A model generated the notes under the pieces. That model saw nothing but the letters and a program-made list of their open reading frames with translations. It made no database searches and was not told where the DNA came from. The translations under genes were made by a program, and so were the position numbers. From NCBI RefSeq assembly GCF_009914755.1, contig NC_060942.1: DNA of 64,000 nucleotides; one strand, 5' to 3'. This DNA is from the human T2T-CHM13v2.0 reference genome, Homo sapiens. This document shows positions 10,256 to 23,275 of this stretch, piece after piece. Every line of letters starts with the position of its first letter. Within the stretch, counting starts at the first letter, position 1.

Positions 10256-13200
10256 GCAAACACATAAGTTTTATTATGTGAAGCAAAAAAAATACCTCTT
10301 GGATCTAATATTACCCAAGCCATAGTTATTTTCTTACCATAGTTATTATTTTAATATTACATGAAATGTTAAATCTAATATGCCTAAGGATTTTTTTATT
10401 GCTCTATTATTCTGATTTACATTTAGTCTTTCAAAGATATTTTTAGAACACCTTGTCTTCTGATGGAAATTTAATCACCATTTTTTAAATGCTGTATTCA
10501 GAATTATAAGGAAAGTTTTAAGACTATACTTTTTCAGTGTGAGAGATGATGCCAAAGGGAGAATATTGATTCAAGTCTATTAACTTATGAATAGTCTGAA
10601 AATGGTAAATACAGACTTAGTAAATTCTGGTGTGGATTTATTAGTGTTTCAGAGGCTTGAAAGATGAATTCACAATAAATGTGAATAAATAACACAACAG
10701 ACATATACTTACAGAATCTATTTTTTATTTTAATAGCAATACAAATAGAAGTTATAAATAAATGGATAATTGAGAAATTAGCATATTTGGGGGCAGTCTC
10801 AATCTAGCAATTATCCTAATCGTGTTCCTTGCTGGCTCTGTCAGAAACAGACCACTCTCTGCATTTTTCTTCCTCACTTACTGGACCTCTTCTCAGCTCT
10901 GTGTTGCTGTAAGAGGAAGAAGCCATCCGGCATCCTTTAAACTCTGAGTTGTAACTGCCATAGCCATAATATGCCAAGGTGGACCACTCTCCTTGGCATG
11001 GAATAGCAACCAAAAATTATTGGCAGTGACTTCCCATATGTTGTTAATTTGCCAGCAAGAAATAAAAGCTGATGGCAATATCAATTATTACTGTGATTAA
11101 GAAAAGTGAAAAATATTTTTTTCAAAGTCCTAAATTCACAGAAATTTAGGGTTCAAGGAGACAAGGACTCACAAATACTTTCCTTCTAATATGTCAGTTT
11201 GAATTGATTCATAGCAACTGCTGTGTTGAAACGGCTTTTTTAGGCCATCTTTGCTTTCAGAAGGAAAAATTAGCAGCAATAGATAAATTGCAGAATGTAT
11301 GTGAAGTGTTTTCCATTTGTGCATTAATCTTAATTCCTACGTGTTTCACTTGAAGAAACTGAAAGAGAAGTTTGTGCTTTTCTTTAGTTTCCTTGGTACT
11401 AAGTGGTAAACTAAGGTAAGAACTCTTTCAGCTCCTGGGCCAGAGTTCTCAGTTTGGCACATCTGTAGCCATATTTCAGTTAAAATATTGTCCATATTAA
11501 TGTATGACATAAACTTCCTCCTTGATTAAGGATCACTAAGCCTCATGATAAAAAAGCAAAAGAAAGTAAAATATAAGGCGTAAAGGATAAAGAGCAACAC
11601 AGTTGTTTTTGTATGCTTGTTTTTGAGATAAAGAAGTTAAAGATTATACTCTACATTTTAAGTGTGTGTGTGTGTGTTTGCAATTATAGCAGCTATCTTA
11701 CCTTCATTTCATAACTTTAAACAGTAATAGGCTAGGAAGAAATGGGAAAAATAGTATGAGAAGTATACATGTAGAGATGATGGGAAAGCAGGAAGGGAGA
11801 TTAGGAGGAAACAAGATCTGACATGAAGACAAAGTACAAATAAAATTATTAGGGCTTTTCTTGGTTTTCAGGCATTAGAATAGCTTCTCACTTTTTTAAT
11901 GCTTCCAGAATAACTACTTTTCATCCTTAAGGTTCTACTCTCAATAGTATACCCTGATGATGCAATGTCTTAGTCGTCTCATTAGTATCATTGCCTCTCA
12001 GCAGCCCATATGGAATCAACTAAGGATTAGGACAGTCCTTGCTATTAATGATCTCCTACCCTAATATTGTTAAATTTCCAGCCAGACAGAATATTTACTA
12101 TTTTGTAAAAGGTTGTTTATTTTCTTCTACAGAATCAGGACTAATCCATCAAGCATTATATTAAGCCTCTAGGGAAAACATATAGGATCTACACATATGC
12201 TCTGTCTCTCATTCCCAGTGCAAAATTATTTTTCCTAATCATTTTTTATTCCTTTTCAATTATTCACTAAGGTAAAACCTACAGAGATGCCCAAACAGGA
12301 AGACTGAAAATGGCAGAATAAATGTTTCACATTCTTTTTTTCTCAGATATATTCTTAGCTCCTCTTACCTATATCTTTGTACCTTCAAATTTAAGATTTG
12401 CAATATATAAAGACTTTAGAAACAACGGAGAGAGACTTCTAGTCATACATTTAAGCTTCAGTTTCAACTCTTCGAAAAATCATCTCTTAGGAAGCATCTT
12501 CAAAGTGTGAAAATACTTCAACAGTGTAGACTTTTTATCATGCTTTTCTTCAGGTTACATTATTATTTTTGTTAGGTTATATTATTATAGACAGTAATAA
12601 TCATGCATTATTACAATAGTGATCAATTTCTATTTTAAATCTCTTAACAGTTTTCGGTGAGTATCAAGACAGATGGGAAAGAAATGGGTGTAGTCATTCT
12701 TCCCTTCTTAATTACATCATAGTGATTTCTTTACTGTATTTACAAAATATTGTTTTTATAACTTAGAGGATTTCTCGCAAAAATATTTTATTACTTTTGG
12801 ACCATTATTCTTCTTGGATTTGAAAATCCACTCAAATGAAAAACATTAATGTATTTTGAATGTACTTTAGTGTTAAGAATTTCATCTTAATTAAAATGTA
12901 AAACAATGTAATTAATTTCAAGTGTCTCTTAGAAATAAACTTTTAGCTCTTACTTTCCTACAAAATGCTGAATTTACCTCTGCATATTGAATGTGAAGAA
13001 AACAAAATATTGTTAAAATTTTGTATTTCAACATCAAATATTTCTACTGATACTGAGACAATTCAACATCTATGAAAATGGTCTTTTTAGTTAGGCACTG
13101 GGTCAAGTGCTAAGGGTACAAAATTGTTAGATCTAATCATAAGGACATTATATTGTCCTTACAGAAGTGGGAAAAGTGGTCTTTATTTTTTATTATCTTT

Positions 13201-13585
13201 TTAAGTTTTAAATTATAGTGGACTTCTGCAACTTTTGTTTAAAAACACTTTTAGAATTAAAATTACGGTGTCAGCATGTCACATGATGGAATGTTATTTA
13301 GTGTAAAAGCTAGTGGGCCCTTGGGAAGTACTAGATTAAAAACCAAGGCTAGTTGAATCTTAAGCAACTTTTGTTACATTGTGATTTACATTTCCTCCAC
13401 AACCAACACATAAACGTTTTAGTGTAAACATCTCTTGAATTACCAACCTTACAAAATTAAAATTTACCCTTTTGTTTACTGAGGTTTATTTCACTTTAAA
13501 TGTCCATTTAAGAATATTGTGGAGGAAAAAAGAATATTCTGCAATGTGTTTTTATTTGAATTTTTCCACCCTCGTATTTCTTTAG

Positions 13586-13698
13586 GAGTTGATCCCCCTC
13601 ATATTGTGTACAGCATGTCTACATCCTGAGCCTAAAGAGCGAGATCAGCTTCTCCACATACTTTTCAATTTGATCAAGAGGCCAGATGATGAGCAAAG
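13586..13698 (+). CDS. RELCH: RELCH coding exon (ELIPLILCTACLHPEPKERDQLLHILFNLIKRPDDEQR)
   Basis: tttctttag / AG|gtgggt; 113 nt, phase 0-2. Confidence 0.95.
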
Positions 13699-14163
13699 GT
13701 GGGTATGATTACATATGTGAAAAAGAAATACAATGTGACTTACTGATTTTAACTAATTAGGCATCAGGATTAGCATTTGAATCTAAAATGCCTTCTTTCC
13801 TTCCAGTATCTATTTTAGCAGCGCTGGAGCATTCCCCCATCATGGATTCACTCCTTCATGGTTTCAAAACCTACGAAAATGCATTTCAAACTATAATGTC
13901 ATCATCAGGTTCCCTTTCCTCCTCACCTTCTCTTTTTAAAGGGACCTGGAATTTACTGCAACAAAAAAAACAGATAATAGGGAAATCACTCTAAGAAATT
14001 TACCTTATGCATAATAAATAAAACCTAAAACAAAAATAGCTTTCTAAAATATGTATAAATCCTACTAAGACCTGATTACTTATCACCTGCTATAATTACT
14101 GACAAGTCTCATTGTTTAAATCTTTGAAAAGGAATTCTATACCTTCTCAAAATGTTCAGTTTC

Positions 14164-14462
14164 GGCCAGGCGCCATGGCTCATGCCTGTAATCCCAGGAC
14201 TTTGGGAGGCGGAGGCAGGCGGATCATCTGAGGTCAGGAATTCGTGACCAGCCTGGTCAACATGGTGAAACTCTATCTCTTCTAAAAATACGAAAAAATC
14301 AGCTGGGCGTGGTGGTGGGCGCCTGTAATCCCAGCTACTCAGGAGGCTGAGGCAGGAGAATCGCTTGAACCCAAGAGGCAGAGGTTGCAAATGAGCCAAG
14401 AACATGCCATTGCACTCCAGCCTGGGAGACAAGAGTGAAAGTCCGTCTCAAAAAAAACAAAA
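14164..14462 (+). mobile_element. AluS, full length
   Basis: ggccaggcgcc..tgtaatccc..A tail; flanking gtt(c/a)agtttc TSD. Confidence 0.95.
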
Positions 14463-16365
14463 AGTTAAGTTTCTCAAGGTTGCTACACAGATATAGGTAC
14501 TGAAGGCCATTATCTAAATTATCTTGTATTTTTGAGGGACTAATTCAATTTCTTGTAAAAATGTAAATGTTCTCTGAAAATTGCAAGATAGTTACTTTTG
14601 TCTGAAAAAAATCTGCCATTAATACACTTTTCTGCTTTCTAGTAGACAAGCATCTACTAGTAATTGATGATTAGATTATGCCCAAACCCTCTAGTGGAAG
14701 GGGGAGGGAGTGAATGTATTCTAGCCAAATCATCTGTTGACTAGAAAACAGCTCTTCTCCTCTGCTCTCCAAGTGCAACAAGTTCCAGATAGGTAGCATA
14801 GCAGCAAATTGTACATACCTGGTGACCCCCTCAGGCATTCTAATGTTCTCCAAATAGAAACCTAACTAACCTTCAGTAAGGCAGATTTTTTTAAAAAAGC
14901 CCAACTTCATCTGCCTGTATATGTTCTCAGTGATATTTTTTATGAATCCTAAGACCTATAAAAGCTCAAAATGCAGATTTTGCATCAAACCATTTATCGT
15001 AAAACATTGAGGTGCAGTTTTTATACACAAAACTTTCTATCTTTTTAAGAATTCTGTTTGTATGGCTTATTGCCTAATAATTTTTGATATTCATGTAATC
15101 TCAGTAAGCGTCTTTTCTTAGAAATATGTGTATATATATTCTATTCTGTTAGATTCTGAGCTACTTTTTAATGTTTACCTTACAGTGAGATTCTCCCAAC
15201 TGAAAGCAAGTGGAGTTTATTTTTTTCAATCTTGATTGTTGAGAGAGAGAACTTCTGGTTTAAGGTAGTGATAGGTTGACATTTCTTGATATTTCCTTCC
15301 CAAATTGGAATTTGCTATTGAAGACATTTAAAAAGTATAAAAAACTAAGATATAAACACTAAACATTTGTGAAAAACACAGTTAACAGTCAGCCATTTGA
15401 AGGGCCTGAGAAAATTTTCTGTTACTCTAATATCATTTAATGAAGCTCTATTAGGAAGGCCCTTGTAGTTTTCACTTTGAGAAAAGTATGTTTCAGTTGG
15501 CTAACAAGTAAGTAGAATGCACTAAGTCAGACAGCCATTATTTTTATCTAAGGCAGTCAGTTATTTCTGTCCTCATTCAGTCTGCTGTCAGTGTTTCTCT
15601 TTCTTCATCCATTCAGAGATTATTATTCCCAGTAAACAAGAAATAGAGGGAGATGGGCAAATGATATCTTTTATCCTTAAATATGTGGTTTTATCACAAA
15701 CAAAGCCAGATAAAGACCAGAAATAGCCCTAGAAGTACACAGTAAGGGTTAGTTTTTTTATATACGATATTTGTCTGAATTAAACTCCAGCCTACTTCAA
15801 ATCCTGTATAGCATAAATTATCATCATTGTCAAGAGAACTGGGCGTTGAGAAAAGGAGAAAAGCACACCTGGATTCAGCAGAACGACATTAAATTATTAT
15901 CTCTTTAATATATCTGAGATATCTCAGGGAGTGAAGCCATTAACTGTGGCTCCTCCCTTTCTCTCAAAATGAACTGGAGCTGGATCAATTTCTTCTTATC
16001 AAAGATTAGTCTATAGAAACCAAAATCCACATGAGCCCCATAAAAATTGCACTTTACAGTGAAAATAACAGTTACTCTAAATTCAGAATAAAGGCATATC
16101 TTAGAAAATGATGTATTACAAGAACCAAAGAAACATTTTGAAACATCATTTAGTGGCCTAAAAAAGAGGCAAGAATTCCTGGCTATTATAAACAGGAGAA
16201 TGGAGCCAAAATAAATGTAGGCTTAGAGGAAAAAGATTGTCTGGAATAAGGAGAGCTAGCAGAATGAAAAAAATATTAAAATATGCAGTGTTTTCAAATT
16301 TATGTTGAAGACAAAGTAATAGATTTGAGACTATTGAAAATTGAATCCATGTTTATTATAAGCGA

Positions 16366-16667
16366 TTTTTTTTTTTTTTTCCTGAGACAGGGTCTCACTC
16401 TGTCTCCCAGGCTGGAGTGCAGAGGCACAATCATGGCTCACTGCAACCTCCACCTTCCCAGGCTCAGGTGATTCTCCCACCTCCCAAGTAGCCAAGTAGC
16501 TGGGACCACAGGCATGCATCACCATGCCTGGCTAATGGTTGTATTTTTTGTAGAGACAGGGTTTCGTCTTGTTGCCCAGGCTGGTCTTGAACTCCTGGAT
16601 TCAAGTGATCTGCCTGCCTGGACTTTGCCAGGTGCTGGGATTACAAGCATGAGCCACTGTGCCGAGC
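16366..16667 (-). mobile_element. AluJ, full length
   Basis: Dimeric Alu in reverse orientation with a T-tail. Confidence 0.92.
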
Positions 16668-18487
16668 TGATAAATTTCACATATCAATAAAGCACGGTAT
16701 TCACTGGCCATTTGCAGGATTGAAGGATTGTTTGCCCAAACTTTTGTGGTTTCAATAATTTCCAGAAACTCTTCAACCATAGCTCATAATACATCCTGAT
16801 GGACAAAATGTAAATGTATATGTTCCTGCAATATCAGGCCCTGACTTTTCTGTAAAATGTTTTGGAAAGCTGCCATTACCTTTGTGCATGGTATGAATAG
16901 TGTTAATCAACAGATTGACAGCCTTAAAAGCATTTTGGCATTAATTACTGCTTCACTCAATGTAAGTTCACAAAAATGCATGTATAAAGCTCCTGTATAT
17001 ACATGTTTATAAAAATGCATGTATAAAGTTTCCTCCGTAAACTTTGCTGCAACCCTTTAAACTTTTTCCTTATAAAGGCATTGTGATGAACTTAGCAACA
17101 CATTTTATTCCAGTCATTTTGTTTTAAAATGAGCAAATTTGTTAATAATCCTCAGAAAGTTGGCTCCAGTAAACTCCCTCAACAGTTAAATCCCAGTTTC
17201 TCTTTAATTATGAAAGTCTTTGAAGTTTGAAGTTATGTATTAATTAACAGAGGAAACGTTGCCCAAATTTTTGTAATAAGCAGAGGGAACACTGGCCTCA
17301 CCCACAATGTTCTGCAATATTTTCATTCTTACTATTCCAATTACTCATTTGTTTTAGTTACCTTTGGACTTCTAATTCACATACTGCTTTGCCTTTATAT
17401 GCCATGCTTGATTTCTCCTAAACATTCCCCTTTTTCCCACAGATGAACTAGATACATTATGATCTTTTAATGGTTATGCTTTATTAAAAAATGTTTATGC
17501 TTTATAAAAAAATAAAATATTTAATATATGAATTTGTGCATCACTGGGTTATCAGTAAACCATTGCTGTGTGGCTAAAGAGATACGGTATGTTATTTTGG
17601 CTAGTCCTGAGTCTAATACCCACAAGTAAAGATGCCTGAGTTGAGCATCTACTCAGAGTGATGAGGAGGGCCACAGATCAGGGTGACACATGAGAAGAAA
17701 GCTGAATGGGTTTTGATCAAGCAATGATGATAGCTATCTACCTCAAATCATAAAACATTTAAATATTAAGTGAAGCTGTACAAGTAGGGACTTGAACAAA
17801 GCATCCTGGATGGGTGGATAGATGGATTAAGCACCAATTGGATAAAATAAAGCAGTTGAATGTTTTCCTATGTTATAATTTTTATCTTAATGAAAAAATG
17901 ATTTTTGCTTATACTTTGCAAAATAATAGAATTGTACTTAATGATTTTGTAGCTTTATGTAATTTCAGTACTTGCTTTTCTGACTGATATAATTTTTCCT
18001 CTTCTGAGAATGTTGGAAAATCATAAATAAGAATGAACTATGAAAGATATCAAGCTTATATTTTAAAATACAAAGAACCCCTCAACTAGGAGAATACAAA
18101 CACTTCTATAGACTTTGAAATTCTATTACTGAAACTTCTTTTCTGCAATTATCAAAATATACCTGACCAAGTAGAGAAACTTGCTCTTTTCAGTATCCAG
18201 CTAAGGTTAATTTATACCAGCAGCCCTAACATGCAAGTCAACTAGGAATAAGGGAAATTAAATCACTATATTAGTACCATTCATTGCAAACTAAAAATTT
18301 CCCAAGGACAACTTGGTGGTACTATAGGAAAATTAGTATTTTATTTTTTCCTTTAAAAATACCATTTCCTATCTTGGTAATTTAGTTAATAATTAAATAT
18401 AGTTATTATTACATTTTCATTTTTAGATTTTCAAGGCAAAAACCTGGTCTTAGAGTCTGTTTTCATAAACCTTGCATGTAAAGCTAA

Positions 18488-18507
18488 CAGCTGCCACCTG
18501 GTGGCCA
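18488..18507 (-). promoter_or_regulatory. CTCF core motif
   Basis: Minus strand reads TGGCCACCAGGTGGCAGCTG, matching the CTCF consensus CCACCAG(G/A)(G/T)GGC(A/G). Confidence 0.75.
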
Positions 18508-19935
18508 AAAGTACTTACTAGCCTTACTTCAGGTCAAGGTGCATCAGGGATCAACACTCAAGTCCACGCTTTTTTTTTTCTGTAAGGTGAAAGTGATCTA
18601 CTTTCACCTTACACAAATATAAATTTACTAAAATAGACTAATATATTCATTATTAGCTATGTGTTATATAATATAAATAACATGAAAAAAGCAAAAACTT
18701 TAGGTTAGCAAAATATATTTGATATAATCAGTTATTTTTCTTAATGAATCTCAGGCTGCTTTGATCGTATCCCGAGAAAAGCTTAATTTTATGCTCAATA
18801 ATGATGCTTTCACCAATTCTTTTCTAGCAACCATAATTGGTACCATATGTCTACCTGTATCATTTACTAATGAAACAATCCTTGTACTGTGATTTTCCAC
18901 AAGTAGGAACAACATTTATTTTTACTATCATAGTAGCCTATTTCCAATGTTGTTAATAACCTGTGGGCCTTCTAATCTTTTCTGTTTTGGACTGTATTTC
19001 AAAGCCGTCATATTTTCTAAAATTTTCAATATTAACTCTTCTAAGAAGTTTATTTCAAGGGGCCTAACGTTTTTTCCTATTAAAGTTTGTAGTCTTTAGT
19101 ATAGTGATGGTGACTTATGATTTATAGTCATTTCATGTGAAGCTCTATACAAGTGTGCACCTCTTGTAAGTGTTCAAAACGCTTTTTAAGAAAATTTAGC
19201 TATTACAATTATCAAACATGTATGGCTTCTCATTTTAATACACTAATGAGGGCAAAAACAATGATCAGCTATTAGGAAATGTTCATTAGGAGCAGGCAGC
19301 TGAAGTGCTTGCTAATATCTTTTTCCATTTTCCTTTCATTCACTTTATTTGCCTTCCTAAAGTAGAAGGAAATAGGAATGCAAAAGAAAAGTTGAGAAGT
19401 AGAAACAGAGGGTAATGATATAAAGGGGAATCAGATAGATAAAAACTACAAGGATTGTGGTGAATTAGAAGCTGCTTGCAATGTACAGTGAAGACACATT
19501 GGCTCACCGTTTCCCCGAGTGTTTCCAAAGAGCTTTGTTATTCTTCTTAACTTAAGCAAACAATTAGTAACTAATCTGACCAAACCAAATAGAAATTTAA
19601 AGTCATTTTGCAGTTAATTTAAATTGACATATATTGAGATATAACAATGAGCAATGCCTAGACGTAAAGTACTGATTTTATAATTAATGTGAATTACATA
19701 AGCATTCTATTTCGGTTTTCCTTGAAGTTGGCTACTTTAAAACATCTATTAAAAATATACTTTTTTTCCCATCAGGTTTTACTGTTTTAAAGTGTTAGAC
19801 AATCAAAGTGGAAGAACTTAAAATTCTGCATTTTAAAGTCATTTTAGATGGAACTTCATTCTGAAGAGTGCAAAGTCTTACTTAGAATTTTATGTTTTTT
19901 TTAGTTACAAATCTATCAATTCAAATGAAGATAAT

Positions 19936-20473
19936 GTATTAGTTATTGGTTAACTATTGTTTTGTAACAAAGTACCCCAGAAGAAAGTGGTTTAAAACAT
20001 CTTTTATCTTACAGTTTCTGTGGGTCAGGAATCTGGGTCCTCTGCTTCAGGGTCTCTTACAAAGCTGTAGTCAAAGGTCCGTTGGGGCTATAGTCATCTC
20101 AGCTGGAGAAGGGATTTAGCTGGAGAAGGGTTTGCTTTTAATCTTAATCACACAGTTGGTCATTGTCAAGAATCAGTTCCTCAAGGATTCTTAGTCTGAG
20201 GGCTTCATCTCCTCACTGACTGGTGGCCAGAAGCCACCTTTAATTCCTTCCCATGTGGGTCTCTCCAACATGGCAGCTTGGTTTATCTAAGCATGCCTGC
20301 TGAGAAGGCAGTAGAGTCCAACAAGATGGACATCACAGACTTTTGGAACCTAATCTCAAAATTGACCTCTTATCACTTTGGTCATATTCTATTCATTAGA
20401 CACAAGTCACTAGGCCCAGTCTGCACTCAAAGAGATGCGATCATTGAGAGTCATGTCAGAAACTACCTACCAT
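19936..20473. mobile_element. MLT1 (ERVL-MaLR) LTR
   Basis: tgtattagtt..gtaacaaagtacccc..tcttacagtttctgtgggtcaggaatc..acaagtcactaggcccag. Confidence 0.75.
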
Positions 20474-20810
20474 AGTTATCTTAGGTATAATACCAAAAAA
20501 TCTGATTCTTAAAATACCACTTTATTAATATGATACTGTAGTTTTTAATTATAGAAACACTGGGAGAATAATCACTGGTTGTTTTAGTGTCTAGAAAGTG
20601 AAGTTGTGTAGAAACTGAAGCATTGGGCATATATAATCTCAGAATGTATGTGTGGGAAGGTAATTTGGAAGGTTATGAGATTCAGCCTCATACCTATACA
20701 GAAATCCCTTCACAACATCTGTCACAGATGGTGTTGTCACTGCTGGAGTGGCTAATCTTAAAGAACTTAGGTTCTTGGTGGCAGCTTAGGCCATTGTTAG
20801 CAAGGTATAA

Positions 20811-21120
20811 TTTTTTCTTTTTTTCTTTTTTTTCTTGAGACGGAGTCTCACTCTGTTGCCAGGCTGGGGTGCAGTGGCGCTATCTAGGCTCACCGCAACC
20901 TCCGCTTCCCAGGTTCAAGTGATTCCCCTGCCTCAGCCTCCCGAGTAGCTGGGACTACAGTCGGGTGCCACCACGCCCGGCTAATTTTTTTTTTTTTTTT
21001 TTAGTAGAGACGGGGTTTCACCATGTTGGCCAGGGCGGTCTCTATCTCCTGACCTCATGATCTGCCCGCCTCAGCCTCCCAAAGTGCTGGGATTACAGGC
21101 GTGAGCTACTGCACCGGGCC
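20811..21120 (-). mobile_element. AluS (Sc-like)
   Basis: Full reverse Alu with aaggt(a/c)taattttt TSD. Confidence 0.93.
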
Positions 21121-21138
21121 AAAAGGTCTAATTTTTCA

Positions 21139-21360
<222 letters not shown>

Positions 21361-21485
21361 GTCTAATTTGATTGTATAAAAATCTTGTACTCTATGTGAA
21401 TTTATAGAGATGAGACTTTTTTAACCCTTAGTCCTAGTTGTGCTTTCTCATGCAAATACAAGCCGTTTTTTATATTATTTTTCAG

Positions 21486-21576
21486 GCAAATGATACTGAC
21501 AGGTTGTGTGGCATTTGCGCGTCATGTTGGACCAACACGTGTAGAAGCTGAACTTTTACCACAGTGTTGGGAACAG
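21486..21576 (+). CDS. RELCH: RELCH coding exon (QMILTGCVAFARHVGPTRVEAELLPQCWEQ)
   Basis: tttttcag / CAG|gtaaat; 91 nt, phase 2-0. Confidence 0.95.
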
Positions 21577-21749
21577 GTAAATAACTGTATTGAGTTTTCA
21601 CCTAGCTATTATAGCCTGATTTCTTAAGAAGATACATAGTTTCCTTTTTAAAGGCGTTTAAGAAATATGTGGGATATAAATTATGCTGATGTTTCTGTAG
21701 CCCAGCACAGTGATTTATTAGTACTTACGAATGCTCTGGGGTGCTTTCC

Positions 21750-22092
21750 TTTATTCATTCAGTCAACAAGTACTTATGAAACACTCATTTCAGTGCCAGG
21801 TACTGAGGTAGTCACTAGGGATACAGTGGTGAACAAAAGACAAAGACATCCTAATGGGAAAATGAGTAAACAAAGAAATGGTCTGCTATTTTGTAGTAAT
21901 TTATATTATGAAGAAGAAAAATAAAGCAGGATAAGGGTGAGAGAGTGATGGGGAATGCTCTCCTAGGAAGGGTGGTCAGAGAAAGAATCTCTGAGGCAAT
22001 GATGTTTAGGAAAGAATCTGAATGAACTAAGATGCAACAAGAACAAAGGCCCTGAGGTGGGAGTATACTTGATGCGTTCAAGAAACAGCAAG
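21750..22092 (-). mobile_element. L2 3' fragment
   Basis: attcattcagtcaacaag..gtgccaggtactg..gaacaaaagacaaag..caaaggccctgagg. Confidence 0.75.
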
Positions 22093-22094
22093 AA

Positions 22095-22097
<3 letters not shown>

Positions 22098-22144
<47 letters not shown>
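22098..22144. repeat. (TG)23 microsatellite
   Basis: Read directly from the sequence. Confidence 0.97.
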
Positions 22145-22148
<4 letters not shown>

Positions 22149-22769
22149 AGAAATATATATTGTATACTTGTATATATTACAAATATATAAGGTGTAAATC
22201 TTTGATGTGGGAGGTTTTTGTATTTATACTTGAACTCATTATTTTACTAACAATGATTTTGCTTTTACATTGAATTTAAAATTCCAGTCCTCTGTATAAC
22301 TCAGAATCATTGACTTTCTAGACTTAATGTTTAGATCATTCAGCACCTTATTTTTCCACCTTAAAAAGATGTGTTTCCTGCTTATGGAGACAAATTACAT
22401 GGCTTTATTTACAATAGCACAGTCACTTATTCTTAAGAAAAATATTAGTCTCTGGAATATCACTGAAGTATTAGTCATTTATAGTCCTATTCCCAAGTTC
22501 TTTGGGCATTCATTTTTTCCACCAAAATAAAGTAGAAACCCTAGATTCAATAGACAAAGTAAACATTACATATAATAATAACTACCTGTCACAATCCCTT
22601 ATACCATCTATAAATTACAGTGCATACTAATTTAGGGTGAGGTTCTAATCACTTGGAGTCAAAATAACTTGGGTACAATATATCCATATAACTTTCAATT
22701 TACAATTCTATACAGTTAATTGTGCACATTTAATTTTTTATATTTTTTCCATTTTCTTTTGTCTTTTTC

Positions 22770-23275
22770 TTTTCAAGTGTACAATTTAATGGTTTCAGTG
22801 TTGTGCAAGCTTCACTACAATCAGTTTTTAAACATTTTTGCTATCCCAAAGACAAACCCTAACTGCTTGAATTCGGTTCTCCTCTTTCAAGATTATTTTG
22901 ACGGTTCCAGGTCCCTTGAATTTTCTTATGAATTTTAGGATCATTTTTCAATTTTTGCAAAGAAGCCAGCTGGGATTTTCATAAACAATGCATTGAATCT
23001 ATAGATTTATCTAGAGAGTATTGCCATCCTAATTTTATATATTAAGTCTTTCATTCTATGAATTTAGGATGTCTTTCCATGCATTGGGTCTTTTAAAATT
23101 TCTCTCAACAGTAATTTGTATTTTTCCGAGTAGTGTACGTTTTGCCCTTTTGTTTTATTTATTTCTAAGTATTTCATGCTTTTGGATGCTATTGTAAATA
23201 GACTTTTTTCTTAATTTTATTTTTAGTTTGTTCATTGCTAATATATAGACATACAATTGATTTTTGCATTTCAAT
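22770..23275 (-). mobile_element. Old L1 fragment(s)
   Basis: gaattttaggatc..gcattgaatctatagat..gctattgtaaat.. Confidence 0.75.

Larger units (their letters stand above)
4..19550 (-). pseudogene. Candidate decayed multi-exon gene antisense to and interleaved with RELCH, with Sfi1-like W-repeat motifs
   Basis: Minus-strand AG..GT segments at 19550-19508, 19016-18961, 18854-?, 16849-16667, 13955-13744, 12497-12369, 12126-11892, 11731-11702, 11253-11173, 11090-10882, 10491-10338, 938-573 and 186-4. Consecutive phases match within each cluster, and the translation is protein-like with scattered stops. Confidence 0.6.

Noticed and set aside
17361-18241. Two further minus-strand AG..GT segments (about 18241-18162 and 17417-17361)
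   Set aside because: They may belong to the antisense relic, but I could not fix their frame or phase, so they were not counted as evidence.
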